Assembly (NCBI GenBank): GCA_964016885.1
Contig: OZ024740.1
Location: 126,976,001 to 127,040,000 of the forward strand
Reading direction: 5' to 3'
Source: Eledone cirrhosa
Lineage: Eukaryota
Length of the DNA: 64,000 nucleotides
Each line of letters starts with the position of its first letter. The stretch's first letter is position 1. Positions 1-11,884 of this stretch are shown here, piece after piece. Both the position numbers and the translations under genes were made by a program. Below the pieces are notes generated by a model. That model had not been told where the DNA came from. It made no database searches and saw nothing but the letters and a program-made list of their open reading frames with translations.

Positions 1-171
1 CGTATATATATATCGCCCCATGTATATCTAATCACACGTACGTTCGCGATTATATACACATATACATACACACCCATACATACATATACATATATACACA
101 TACACATACACATACATTGACCCGCATACACACACACGTAAAAAGAAGAATGTAAAAAACATAGATATAAA

Positions 172-251
<80 letters not shown>

Positions 252-255
<4 letters not shown>

Positions 256-577
256 AATGGAAGTACAGCATCATCGAAGCTCTGGTTGCAGCTAAGGTAA
301 CGAATGCAATCGGAATCTGCAGCTAAGCACTCAATAAGGTATTTTACCTTAGAGTAATAACATTACGTTTAGACAGCTTTGCAAATTGAAGATAGAGACC
401 GGTAAGCCAGCCGCAGGGACCAAATCAACGAGAAAACTGAGTCAGGAAAATATGACAAACCGGGGCCATCGCGTCGATACTATGCAATATCTCGGCTAGG
501 TTTCAGTAAATCCGAAATCAAAAAAAATCCACTTGCAGGGCATGCAAGTTATTGGTGTTGGAAGATGGAACATAGAA

Positions 578-585
<8 letters not shown>
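252..585. repeat. Non-coding dispersed repeat between (TA)n tracts (family A)
   Basis: Reverse complement aligns by eye with 36200-36548 (e.g. gacagctttgcaaattgaag; aaaatccacttgcaggg). Confidence 0.75.
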
Positions 586-652
<67 letters not shown>

Positions 653-709
653 AGCAAATTATAAACGTAAACATGTAAGTATGTTTTTGAAACAGTGCGC
701 GAGTTTGAA

Positions 710-941
710 ATTAGAAATTAGAATTTATAAGCTTTCTCCGTATTTTAGACTAAAGAAATTTCTAGCCTGATAGTGGGGTTTATAACCCCCGGAGAAATGG
801 AAAAAGATGAGTGTTGCCGTACATGGCAACACTCATGTACGGCAACACCCATCTTTTTCCATTTCTCCGAGGGTTATAAACCCCACTATCAGGCTAGAAA
901 TTTATTTAGTCTAAAATACGGTGAAAGCTTATAATTTCTAA

Positions 942-949
<8 letters not shown>
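710..949. repeat. Near-perfect palindrome (116-bp arms, 8-bp loop) between (TA)n tracts (family B)
   Basis: Arms 710-825 and 834-949 are reverse complements with few mismatches; a related copy lies at 23123-23312. Confidence 0.9.
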
Positions 950-1007
<58 letters not shown>

Positions 1008-1012
<5 letters not shown>

Positions 1013-1880
1013 AATAAGGGCGCTGCGGAGTTGCAAATGGGTTACCTATGAAAAATGTTTGTCCTTCATCAGTGATCTTCCAACCATCAAAGGCATTTCA
1101 TCGCTTTAAAGACCATATACCTCCGGTTGGTGCGAGCAACAGCTAAAAAAAGTCGTTGGGACACGTAAATAAAGGGGACGCGAGGCTAAACAAACAAAAT
1201 GGTGAAGCAACAGAAAGTGAGGAAGAAAGAGACAAGTCCCAGATTTCTATGAATTTAAGTTCGGTGAAATCGTGAACGAGAGAATAAAGACCATCAAACC
1301 TGGTTGAAATGTGAGCAAGCAAGGAATTTCGCACAGGTCTAACGGGGGGAAGAAGGGGTCTGGTCTGCGAATTCGGTAAACATAAGTTCTGTGAAATTGT
1401 AGACGAGAGAGAGAAAAAATTCCGACCAGCTTGGCCCAGAGTGCCAGAGAAAAGAATTACTCACAGGTCAAACGGGAAGAAAGAGGAGGAGGAGAAGTAG
1501 TGACAGAGAATGAGTGAGTGAAAGGTGAGGAAGAGGCTAACAGAGAGAGAGACTGCTAGAAAGGATAAAGATACATAGAACGAAAAAGACGTGTAGCAGC
1601 AGAGGAAAAAATATGTGTAAATATGATAATAAGGGCGCTGCGGAGTTGCAAATGGGTTACATATGAAACAAGTTTGTCCTTCATCAGTGATCTTCCAACC
1701 ATCATCGCTTTAAAGACCATATACATCCGGTTGGTGCGAGCAACGGCTAAAAAAAGTCGTTGGGACACGTAAATAAAGGGGACGCGAGGGTAAACAAACA
1801 AAATGGTGAAGCAACAGAAAGTGAGGAAGAAAGAGACAAGTCCCAGATTTCTATGAATTTAAGTTCGGTGAAATCGTGAA

Positions 1881-1882
<2 letters not shown>
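1008..1882 (-). mobile_element. Non-coding element with ~265-bp terminal direct repeats in (TA)n (family C; pLTR/retrozyme-like)
   Basis: 1008-1277 recurs at 1622-1882; homologous to 19241-20003; each repeat has gatcaCTGATGAaggac on the - strand. Confidence 0.7.
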
Positions 1883-1948
<66 letters not shown>

Positions 1949-2263
1949 TATTTACACATACACCAATTAAACAAAGTCACAGGTATATATGTGTTTTGGC
2001 AACTTTTCACGATGTGGCTCATTGGAGAATTAATAAATTAAATAATCAGAGCAAAATACTATAGAGTAAAGTATGTCCAGAGAATTATTTGATAATATAT
2101 ATACATCATCTCTACTCCCAATCAGCATAATTATCCACACAAAAAAATTATTAGACCAGGCTATAATAATAAAAGGCATATATGAAGAAACAGTAAATAA
2201 ATACGCCACAGCAGCGTCTTCGCGGCCAACCGCTATAGAATATTTACCCAACATTTCAACAGC

Positions 2264-2373
2264 ATGTTAGAAATGCTTATATACATACCAGGATTAAATC
2301 CCTAAATCCCAATTTATTTATCCCAAGGGATTTAGTGATTTAATCCTGGTATGTATATAAGCATTTCTAACAT
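2264..2373. repeat. Inverted repeat, 47-bp arms
   Basis: 2264-2310 is the reverse complement of 2327-2373 with one mismatch. Confidence 0.9.
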
Positions 2374-2447
2374 TAATTCTTACCTAATTATGTATGGTTG
2401 ACCGTATATTTAATTAATTTCCACGTGCTGTTGAATACTGTATTATC

Positions 2448-5400
2448 TCATCTTCCCTGTTCAATCCAAACATTGCCCTTCATGGTATATTTAATAACGT
2501 ATTTGATAGATTTCACGGAAGAGCACACCTCTACGTTTATGTGGCTGTTAAACAGTTTTAACAGTTTCATATTGTAGGGAACCACCCATTCCGAAGTTAT
2601 ATTTCGGTTTCCCACTCCTTCTTGGTGCCCCTCAAATCCTCCCATTCCTGGAGACCGTCTTCTGTACACAGGATAAGAGTCCTCCCCACACAATGTATAT
2701 TCATTGAAAGGCTTAGGGTACCGCTTACTGCACGTTCCATCTTTCCAGCACGGCTAATTGTTAAAGCAATCTGGACCGTGGATCATGTGCTTCAGCACCA
2801 ATTTATGACCCTCTGGGTCTTTGTTTGGACCTGGTATTTCGGCTTGAACAAATTTATCATATTCCTGCGGTCTGGGCTTGGAGGCTTCATTGAGCCATAG
2901 CAAACAGTGAACATGAGGAAGACATCGCTTTTCATATTCGACTGTCAGAATGTAAGTTATGCACTTGCCAAATAGGTCATCTGCTCTAGTAAGATACTTT
3001 CTTAACAGTTTCCGCTTCAGGTCAATCAAATACTCTGGCAATTAAATCTGGCCTATCATGTGGCTTCTGATTCAGGAATAAGTTTTGCCGGATTTCAGGC
3101 CAGTTTGGATTGCATGTTATTGTGATGAAGAACGAAGGATTGCCGTACTTCCGTATGTACATCATGGCATCCTGGCATCGCTCCATCATATATCTCGGTC
3201 CACCGACAAATGTGTAAGAGAGTATGATTCGCCTGCCGACATTGCGAAAATCGTAATCATCATTCAATGCGTCAGTAAGGCCTTTGTCTGTTGTAGATCG
3301 CAATGATGTTTGATTCATTCGGATGTATTGCAGCCTATCTCCTTCAATCTTCCCCGCCATGTCAACCAAATATTGCTGAAATAAACGACCGCCTCTGAGA
3401 AGTTGGTTGAATTCATTCTCATGGTTCATTATTCGATAGGCATAGTAGCGCATTGGCGTCAACTTCTTGTTGTTGCTCATTAACAGCTCATGATGCTATC
3501 CGTCATCGCCAGAACAAAAGCAAAACATAGAACATACTGCAAACTCTTGTAGGACCGATGGGACTCTGAAATTATTTGCAATTGTCCGCTTTTTTCTTTC
3601 AACACAATGTGCCGTGCTTTTGCTTGAAGTTCGGTGCTGTTTTGTATAATAACGGCAACTTCGTTTGCAGTTTGTGCATTGAATCTTCTCTCATGTTCCA
3701 TTGCTGATCTCCTATCAGGATCAATAATAATCGAAGCTTCGCGAATATTTTTAATTTGTTCTTTTGCCATTCGAAATGATGCAACGTAAGGGTTATATTG
3801 TCTGAGTATTATTTCCAATAATTCAACTATGTCGCGCTGAATGCCATCGTTATGGAGTATCCTGATCCTCAAATCAACACTATTCTGAGGATCCAAGAAT
3901 TAAATTTGAAGAAATTGAGGTTGTTCGTTGGGATTAAGGGATCAGGAACCAGTGTAATGGTGAATTTGACCATGAATAACGATAGAAGGATTCCATCCAC
4001 ACCTTGAGGAACGAACTTCTTCGGCCCCAAAAGATGTCATTTGGAACAGGCAGTTGTATTGTCTGAGGTTCTTCCTGAACTCGTTTGCCCTAGGTTGATC
4101 ACTACTAAATAAATTGTGAGTTCCTGGGGGTAAATGCTGCAAATTCACCAACCTGACCTTTCAAATTCATACAGCAAAAGTTAGCAGTTTCACGATGAAA
4201 ACGCATTGCATGACAACAGACAGAGATCTTATTCATCTGTCCAACATCAGCAGAGAGGTCACGTCGTTGAACTGTCCTTGCTCTATCCCTAATGTTTTGT
4301 TGGCAAAACGTTCAGTACTCCGAGCGTCCGATTCATGGTCTCTCCTTCGTCTGTTCCGCCTGACGCTCAGGTCTCCGACCATCCGATTCATGATATCTCC
4401 TTCTTCTGTCTCCTTCCCTCTGTTACACCTGACGCTCAGCTCTCCGGCCATCCGATTCATGATCTCTCCTTCTTCTGTCTCTTTCCCTCTGTTCCCCCAG
4501 ACGCTCTGTTCTCAGACCATCCGATTCATAATCTCTCCTGCTTCTCTCTCATTCCCTCTGTTCCGCCAGACGTGCAGCCCTTGCTTTATCATTCTCATCG
4601 ATCCTTCTATTCGTATGCCTGCTCCGATCTTGTTGGCATTGAACACTATCTTGTTCACCTACTTGGGCTCTCCTTAGCCGTGCTTTCTTTCCACTATCGA
4701 TAGACCAACCAGATGTTTTCTTTATTCTTCGCCGAGGTTTATTTAAGAATCGAAAATTGTATTCACCTTAGAAAAAATTCCTATTACCTCAACAAATATT
4801 TTTTTTAAATCATCATTTAGAAATATTTAGAATAATGAAAATATTGTCTGTTTAAACAACTCATATTTTTCAAATCATATTCACTTAAAACATACTTATT
4901 AATAATTAAAATATTCTGTTTAAATAAAGCTGAAAATAATTCGTATTTTTTAAGTCATATTCATTTAAGTGTATTTTTTAAATATGCCAAGAAATAATTT
5001 TTCCACCGTATTCACTTGAAAATAATTTTTAAAAAATGAAGATATTGTCTGTCAATAAAGCTATTTGTGAAATCAAATTCACTTTAAAATATTTCTAAAT
5101 AATTGATATATTCTTTTTACCAAAAGCAAAAATATAAACACCTCCTTTTTAACACCAACTGGTATTTTTCAGTGATATCTACTTAATGCTATTCTGTTAA
5201 TTAAAATATCGTCTGTTTAAATAAAGCTCAAATATAGATACTTGAAGTACAAACAACTTCTAGTTTTAAAATCATATTCACTGAGAAATCACTGAAAAAT
5301 ATTTTTTTAAATAAATATTAAAAATATTTCTCGAATGATGAGAATAGGTTATGTCGATTTACATCAAACTTGTTTCATCCCAATTTCAGGGTTACATCAC

Positions 5401-5492
5401 TTACCATTTTTCCATTATGCACCGTTTTGGCTATTTACATAGGTATCCTACACACACACACAAATATATATATGTCTCTAACTTAAGTACTG

Positions 5493-5582
<90 letters not shown>

Positions 5583-6267
5583 CACATGTCTCTAAGTACG
5601 TAAACACATGCACTGGCACATACAGATACACACGGTAGCAGTAGAACTGTGAAAGAGAGAGAAAGAAATAACGTTATAGATAGAGGGGAGAGTTAAAATA
5701 AATAAAAGTTAAGGACGCTGTCTCTTTCCCTATCTGTCATCCCCTCTCTCTCATCCCCTCACTCTCTCTATTTCTCTCTCTCACCCTCACTCTCTCTTTC
5801 TCTCCCTCACCCCTCTCTGTCTCTCTTACCTACAGAATAGACAACCAAAAAACAAACGGATTATTTCTTTCGATATTCATTATAAAATAAGGTAAATTGA
5901 ATTTAGGTGAATTCCTTGCTATTTTTGGAAAATTGAAAATATTTTCCATGTGCGATTTACGCCAAACTTGTTTTATTTAGAGTATTTTCTCATTATGCAA
6001 TGTTTTGGCTATTTACGAAGTTTTGCAGAGGTATGTTAATTTCGAGGTATTTTCCCAGTATGCATCGTTGTGGTTATTTACGAAGGTACCCCCAATACAC
6101 GCGAATCTCGGGAACCCGGGGTCAGATTTTCGCGAAACTTGTTTCATTCAATTTGTATTCCCATTTCAGAGGCAGCTTGCTTTCAAAGTATTTACCCATT
6201 ATGCGCCCTTTTGGCTGTATTACATAACAGACAAGCAAGCACACAAGATCAGAGTTTTAGTAGTATA
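2448..6267 (-). mobile_element. Helitron 5' portion: terminus, UTR and frameshifted Rep (HUH/Y2) pseudogene
   Basis: ORF pieces 2448-4151(-): FQMTSFG, GGRLFQQYLVD, FITITCNPNWPEI, HUH-like VEYEKRCLPHVHCLLW, MIHGP, Y2 motif KYVIKYTMKG. The - strand starts TATACTACTAAAA at 6267. Confidence 0.9.
4360..4570 (-). repeat. ~69-bp (23-codon) tandem repeat x3 in the Helitron Rep N-terminus
   Basis: ctgacgctcag at 4360 and 4429, variant at ~4498; encodes R/E-rich repeats on the - strand. Confidence 0.8.
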
Positions 6268-7411
6268 CTAGACCACCCGTGATCCGTTGGGTCATGTTCA
6301 CTTAAAAATAATTTTTAAATAATTAAAATATACACAAAATGTATATAATGTAAAATGACATTGGAAAGCCAATATATATATACGTGTATGTGTGTGTCTA
6401 TATGTACGTGTATATATATATATATATGTGTTTGTGTGCGTAGGTGTATGTGGCCTATATACACTGGTTACAGACACACACACACATACATCCTGTCCTA
6501 ACACAAGTTATAAGATACATATAACTTAACATTCAGTCACCAAATACAAGCTAGATACAGTAATACTGTATACAATTCTTTGAAGTCACCTGTCATAATT
6601 TAATTCACCACACCACCAGCTCTCTCCCTCTCTCTCTCCCTCACAACCACTATCTGCGTATGTATTCACATTTCAATGGTACCTTACTTTCAAAGAATTA
6701 TCCCATTATGCGCTGATTTGGTTATTTATAAAGGTACCCGAAAAAACCCGCGTATCTCGGGATCCCGTGGTCCGATTTAAGCAAAACTTGTCTTTTCACT
6801 GTATTATCATTTTTCACTAATAGCTATACAATCACTCCACTTCAAAATTCTTTTTTTCTATATCTCTATGGATGCTTGACTGTTTGTTCTGAAAGATTTT
6901 TCTGCTTAAAAAGTTGCAATGTTAATGAACAGCTGGTTTTATTTACAAAAATGTAAAAGAAATTATTCTTACTTGTCTTAGTTTTTCCTTTTCCTTTCAT
7001 TTTCTGACGTCGGAATCAACATTTTCTTATATTTACGATGTTACAGTTTGTTCAAAAGAATGCTTTTGATGAAAACATCGTTAGTTTTGATGAAAATATT
7101 TTCTTTCGTTTTCCGCGGCTAAGGGCTACATACAGTTGACCGTGCAGGAATACAGGTCGTTCCAGATAAACCAAGACGTTTTCCATAGTTTGTCCTTGTG
7201 CTTTATGAATAGTCATAGCGAAACACGATTGAACTGTGAATTGGCTTCGCTGCAAAGGGATATCCTCACCTTCGGATAGATTAATTATTATTCTAGGTAT
7301 CATAACGATCTCATTTCTGAAAGCAGCAGTGTTGATTCTTGCTACTTTGAGATTGTCGTGCAGTTCTTCCATGATTATCTGCGTTCCATTACAAAGGCTT
7401 GGAGGATTCAA
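6268..7411 (-). mobile_element. Helitron 3' portion: Pif1-like helicase C-terminus, 3' hairpin and CTAG end
   Basis: ORF 7052-7411(-): LCNGT, FAMTIHKAQGQT, VFLHGQLYVALSR. The - strand ends acccaacggatcacgggt-ggt-CTAG at 6268. Confidence 0.88.
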
Positions 7412-8589
7412 GTGTCTCGAATGGCGTCCGACTCTCTACCGATACTGCCAAACCAAATAATGGTAGTTAAGGGGGGATTAAATCACCATAATTGTTTATT
7501 GCATTATATATATGTTTCTGTTACATGGTTATTCATGTGACTTCGTCTGATGCTTACACAATTATCAGTGCAGTTATGCAATCATTGTGATATGCGGTGG
7601 CCATGCACGGCCATCCAGTAGAGAAGTGGTTCGGCATATGTATCTTCTGTATGTTAAGTTCTCTTAATTTAAGTATTAGTTTTTTCATTGGTTATTCTAG
7701 TCTTTAAGAATGTTAGACTTTTTGACTGGCCTGTGGTTACTCTCAGCATGTGGTCTATCGGCTCATCTGCATTCTATAATTATTTTGTTTTCGGACAGGC
7801 ATCTTTATGTCTGGGGATATAGGTAGTTCAATATTTTTCTTTTATGAGCACTCTTCAGCCTCTACTAAGTCAACCATGACAAAAACAACATTACCAACAA
7901 TAGCAACCATGACACTGATGTTTACGATATTTATGACGATGATAGTTGTGCTAGAATATATGTAAATATAGTCATTCACCCGCACTCATATATATATATA
8001 TATATACATATACAGATATATAACCCGCATAGACTCACACACCCATCTATATGTTTATATACAAACAAACATTCACATATACACCCATAAATATGTATAT
8101 ATATTTTTCGACACCATTGAAGATAACAGCAACAACATCAACGTTGGTTACATCATTGGTGATGTCGAACCCATACTACCTAATATTTAAACATTATCCA
8201 TAAAACATATCTACACACACACACTCTCGGTCACACAGGCGTATACATAGACAGATACATCCATATAAAATTCTGTAATCACAGACATATAGATTAAAAT
8301 AAAATAGTGTATAGGATGAACTGTGATAGGCAAGATGTAAAGAACATATTGAGAATATGAATGTGAAAACTATAAAATGTATAAACATATAGGGAATATA
8401 TAAAAAAATATATATAAAAATAAACAAAAATTATAAAAAAATAAAAATTATGTCAGCTGTTTCGGATCACATAGAAATCAATATACTGATTGTGGACTTA
8501 GTGATGAGGACCGTCTCCCGCATGTGCTACCTTACAGATTTAGAGAGACACATACAACTCCTCAACCACCGCATGCAGTTCACTGGCTA

Positions 8590-9573
8590 GAATAGAGAGA
8601 CAAGGTCAGGGTATATAAAGGAGCCAGAACCAAATGGGCTAAGATTATAGAAAATGATGCAAGTGGGACTTGCCCGATATATAGGAGCACATTTTTGAAC
8701 AGACTAGAAAGGATTAGGAATAAGGCAAATAAAATCAACTCATGGTATGATAGCAATAACTACCAGAGTGTAATGTTCGTCAATACAACCCATATGACGA
8801 ACTAGCTTACATATTTAGAAGGGGTCTAGATGTGCTCATATTAAAGATTAAGATATTTGAAAGACCAGTTATGCCCATAAAATCCATAATTAGTAAAACA
8901 TACCCATTTCAAAGAACCCCCTGCACTGATAGGAAATGCTAAGAATTCAGACTAACTGCAAAACTAGTAACGTAGTATATAGCATATGATGTATTGAGGG
9001 ACAGTTTAGGAATAAAAACAAAACGTAGATAGGTGAAACAGCCCGTAGCATAGGAGAAAGATGAAGTGAACACTAGCTAGAACACCAGGATGGGAAAAAT
9101 GCATCAGTACTCAACCACCTTGCCAAAATAGAACATTGAGATAAACATTATATCCACACACAGAAAAATGCAATGCTGAGACATATCACAGAGGGGACAA
9201 ACATAAACGAACTCCAACCGACATTAAAAATGGGTGCAATAGCAACATCACAACTAGTAATTAAGGATAAAATGAAGCCACACGGAAGCCACACAAAACA
9301 AAACTAACAAAACACATCCGACAGAGAGAACAAATAACCTGCAGTGACATGTAAATAAACACATAAATAAATAAACTCTCACACACACCCGGAGGTAACG
9401 CACGCGCAAACTAAGCACACAATACACAGCAAAGACATGATGGTGTAGGACAGCACAAAGGAAAGACGGAAAATAAAAGCCCATTCACTGTGGAGGTCAT
9501 AGAATGTGTGACGAAAGAGCTTTGAAAATATATCACAACCATCCGGTTATCGAACCAACCAACCAACCGGAAA
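8590..9573 (+). mobile_element. Degraded PLE (GIY-YIG end plus pLTR), same family as 40241-41340
   Basis: Aligns with 40480-41325 (taccagagtgtaatgttc; aaaactag..aacgtagtatatagcata; gaaacagcccgtagcatagg). Confidence 0.85.
9484..9526 (+). ncRNA. Minimal type I hammerhead motif in PLE pLTR (core mutated)
   Basis: ttca-CTGTGGA-ggtcatagaatgtgtgac-GAAA-gagc-TT-tgaa; stem I ttca/tgaa. Confidence 0.7.
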
Positions 9574-9789
9574 TCTATATATAATATAAAAGAGAGATAT
9601 TTATTGGTTGGTCGGTTGAATCACACGAAAGCTACACACACAGAGACACACAGATACACACACACATACAAATGCATACGCACACATCTAAATAGAGAGA
9701 AGCACGAGGGAGAGGTAGACAAAGCGAGATAGGCCGTTATACAGAGAGAGATACAATAAAGTGTTAGATATTCAGAGAGAAATAGATAG

Positions 9790-9827
<38 letters not shown>

Positions 9828-10357
9828 GGAGAGATAGAGAGAGAGAGAGTGAGAGGGAGAGAGTAACGTCCCACGAAAGTCTAGAAACGGCTTAAACTAT
9901 AGATCCTTTAACAATATTGTGTTAGCTTTTATAAAGTTGTTTTACAGTTTTTGATTTTACAGAACCAAGAAAAATTGATACTATTTGAAATTAATTGACC
10001 CTCCAGCTGTTATCTATATACTACTTACAGACAGTACTAACGAGGTTAAACACTTCAGAAGCAATGTTATACGTTTATTGCTGCGTTTCATATGACGTAC
10101 TTTGGAGCCCTAAAAGATCACACTGAGTATGGCTATTTGACAACATTTAAAATCCAAGGTCAATACTACCATTTAATCGGCAGTTTACTCCCCAGTCTAA
10201 TAAGGAAGTTTTATGATTTTTTGTTTATGTCTCTCTCACACACGCTCACACACATTACTGTCTCATCTCATAATGTAAACCAGACAACACATCCAACACA
10301 TCTTCTATCTGTATTCTCTTAACTATTCTCCCGGGCGAAGCCGGGTACCTCAGCAAG
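9574..10357 (+). mobile_element. Non-autonomous Helitron with both ends
   Basis: Starts TC after an A; ends cccgg-gcgaag-ccggg hairpin then CAAG (CTAG variant) before a T; internal Rep remnant MTYFGA...FKIQGQYYHLIGSLLP. Confidence 0.85.
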
Positions 10358-10754
10358 TTTATAATAAATTGAAGTGGAGACTAACAGATGTGTGTATGTT
10401 TATTGTCAGCATGAAAATATATTTCCACACACGTTTTTAGATAAGAATTATTACAAAACAAATATATATATATATATATATATACAAATATAAATTAGCG
10501 AGAATCGTATTTCGGCTTTGGAAATTAGCGAGAATCGTATTTCGGCTTTGGAAATTAGCGAAAAACAACTTCCGAGATGTGTAGCAAGCGCTCAATAATT
10601 CTAACGAACCAGAGCTACAACTTACGTTAAAAGGCCAAACACACTGAGACGATTGTTAAACCATTATCCGTACAGCCATAGAAACGACCAAGTAATTCGG
10701 GTCAAACAAATAAAAAAATATATGATTGAAAAAAAAAATATATATATATATATT

Positions 10755-11005
10755 AATAAAAGGAATTCCGACTTCGTCTGATTTACTCGTTTTATTTACA
10801 ATCCTTTAAAATGTATAATGGTATTAGAATGAAATAGTATGGTAGAATATTAAATCTCAAGTGTTAATTGAAAAAGTACTTTCATGCTTTCGCAATCTTC
10901 AGGGTCATATTCTGTGGTGACAGTCAAGTTTGCAATTTTATCAGACAAACTTGGAATTCCTTTTATAAATATAATCTTCTATACACAATCATACACACCC
11001 ATGTA
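10755..11005. mobile_element. HHR-bearing non-coding cassette with internal inversion (family F)
   Basis: Homologous to 35560-35800; 10755-10781 is inverted relative to 10940-10966; flanked by (TA)n. Confidence 0.7.
10869..10907 (-). ncRNA. Minimal hammerhead motif
   Basis: - strand: tgacc-CTGAAGA-t-tgc(gaaa)gca-t-GAAA-gtac-TT-tttca. Core intact, stem I partly mutated; the copy at 35618 has an intact stem I. Confidence 0.7.
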
Positions 11006-11009
11006 TATT

Positions 11010-11061
<52 letters not shown>

Positions 11062-11076
11062 CAGACAAACACACAG

Positions 11077-11163
<87 letters not shown>

Positions 11164-11772
11164 AATTTATACATTCATATAATGCATACATACACACACA
11201 CGTATATATATATACATAACCCACTTACCTTTTCACCTGTTTCAGGTGAGTGACTTAGGCCTTGCTAGGCAACGCCATTAAGGTATTACTGGAGCGTCTC
11301 GCAACACCGATTCCATACACTCACATGTGGTTTAGAACTACAAATAATGTAGTAATCTTTTTGTCTTAATATTCCAACCAACCGAGACTAGCCTGTGAAT
11401 TTCATGATAGAAGCCCCTTTAGAAGTGTTTCAGTGATGTATACCAGCAAGGGATAGAATAACATTTCCCATGTTGTCCTATCGACACGATCTACACTTAT
11501 TGCATTATTTTAGAATAGTTCAATATTCTTGGATCAAACATAGTCATAGGAATTCTTTCTCCTGCTTACTTTCATGTATCTGAACACCCCTAAAAGGTTG
11601 TTTCGGTTTTGAATTTGCAAGAATAGTTTCGGTTGATTTACCTATTTTCCCAATTGCTATATTCAAACATCCAGGCACTAATTGTAAGTATACACTTTAT
11701 GCAAGCACTTTTCCTTGACATTTTTACCATATACGTACACACAACCATACGCACACACACGTACGCACAAAT

Positions 11773-11884
<112 letters not shown>

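Noticed and set aside
8100-8580. Further HHR-like fragments (8115-8177 +, 8450-8570 -, also 11960-12030 - and 42630-42670 -)
   Set aside because: Two or more core or stem defects and no second copy in the window; such short motifs arise by chance in AT-rich DNA.
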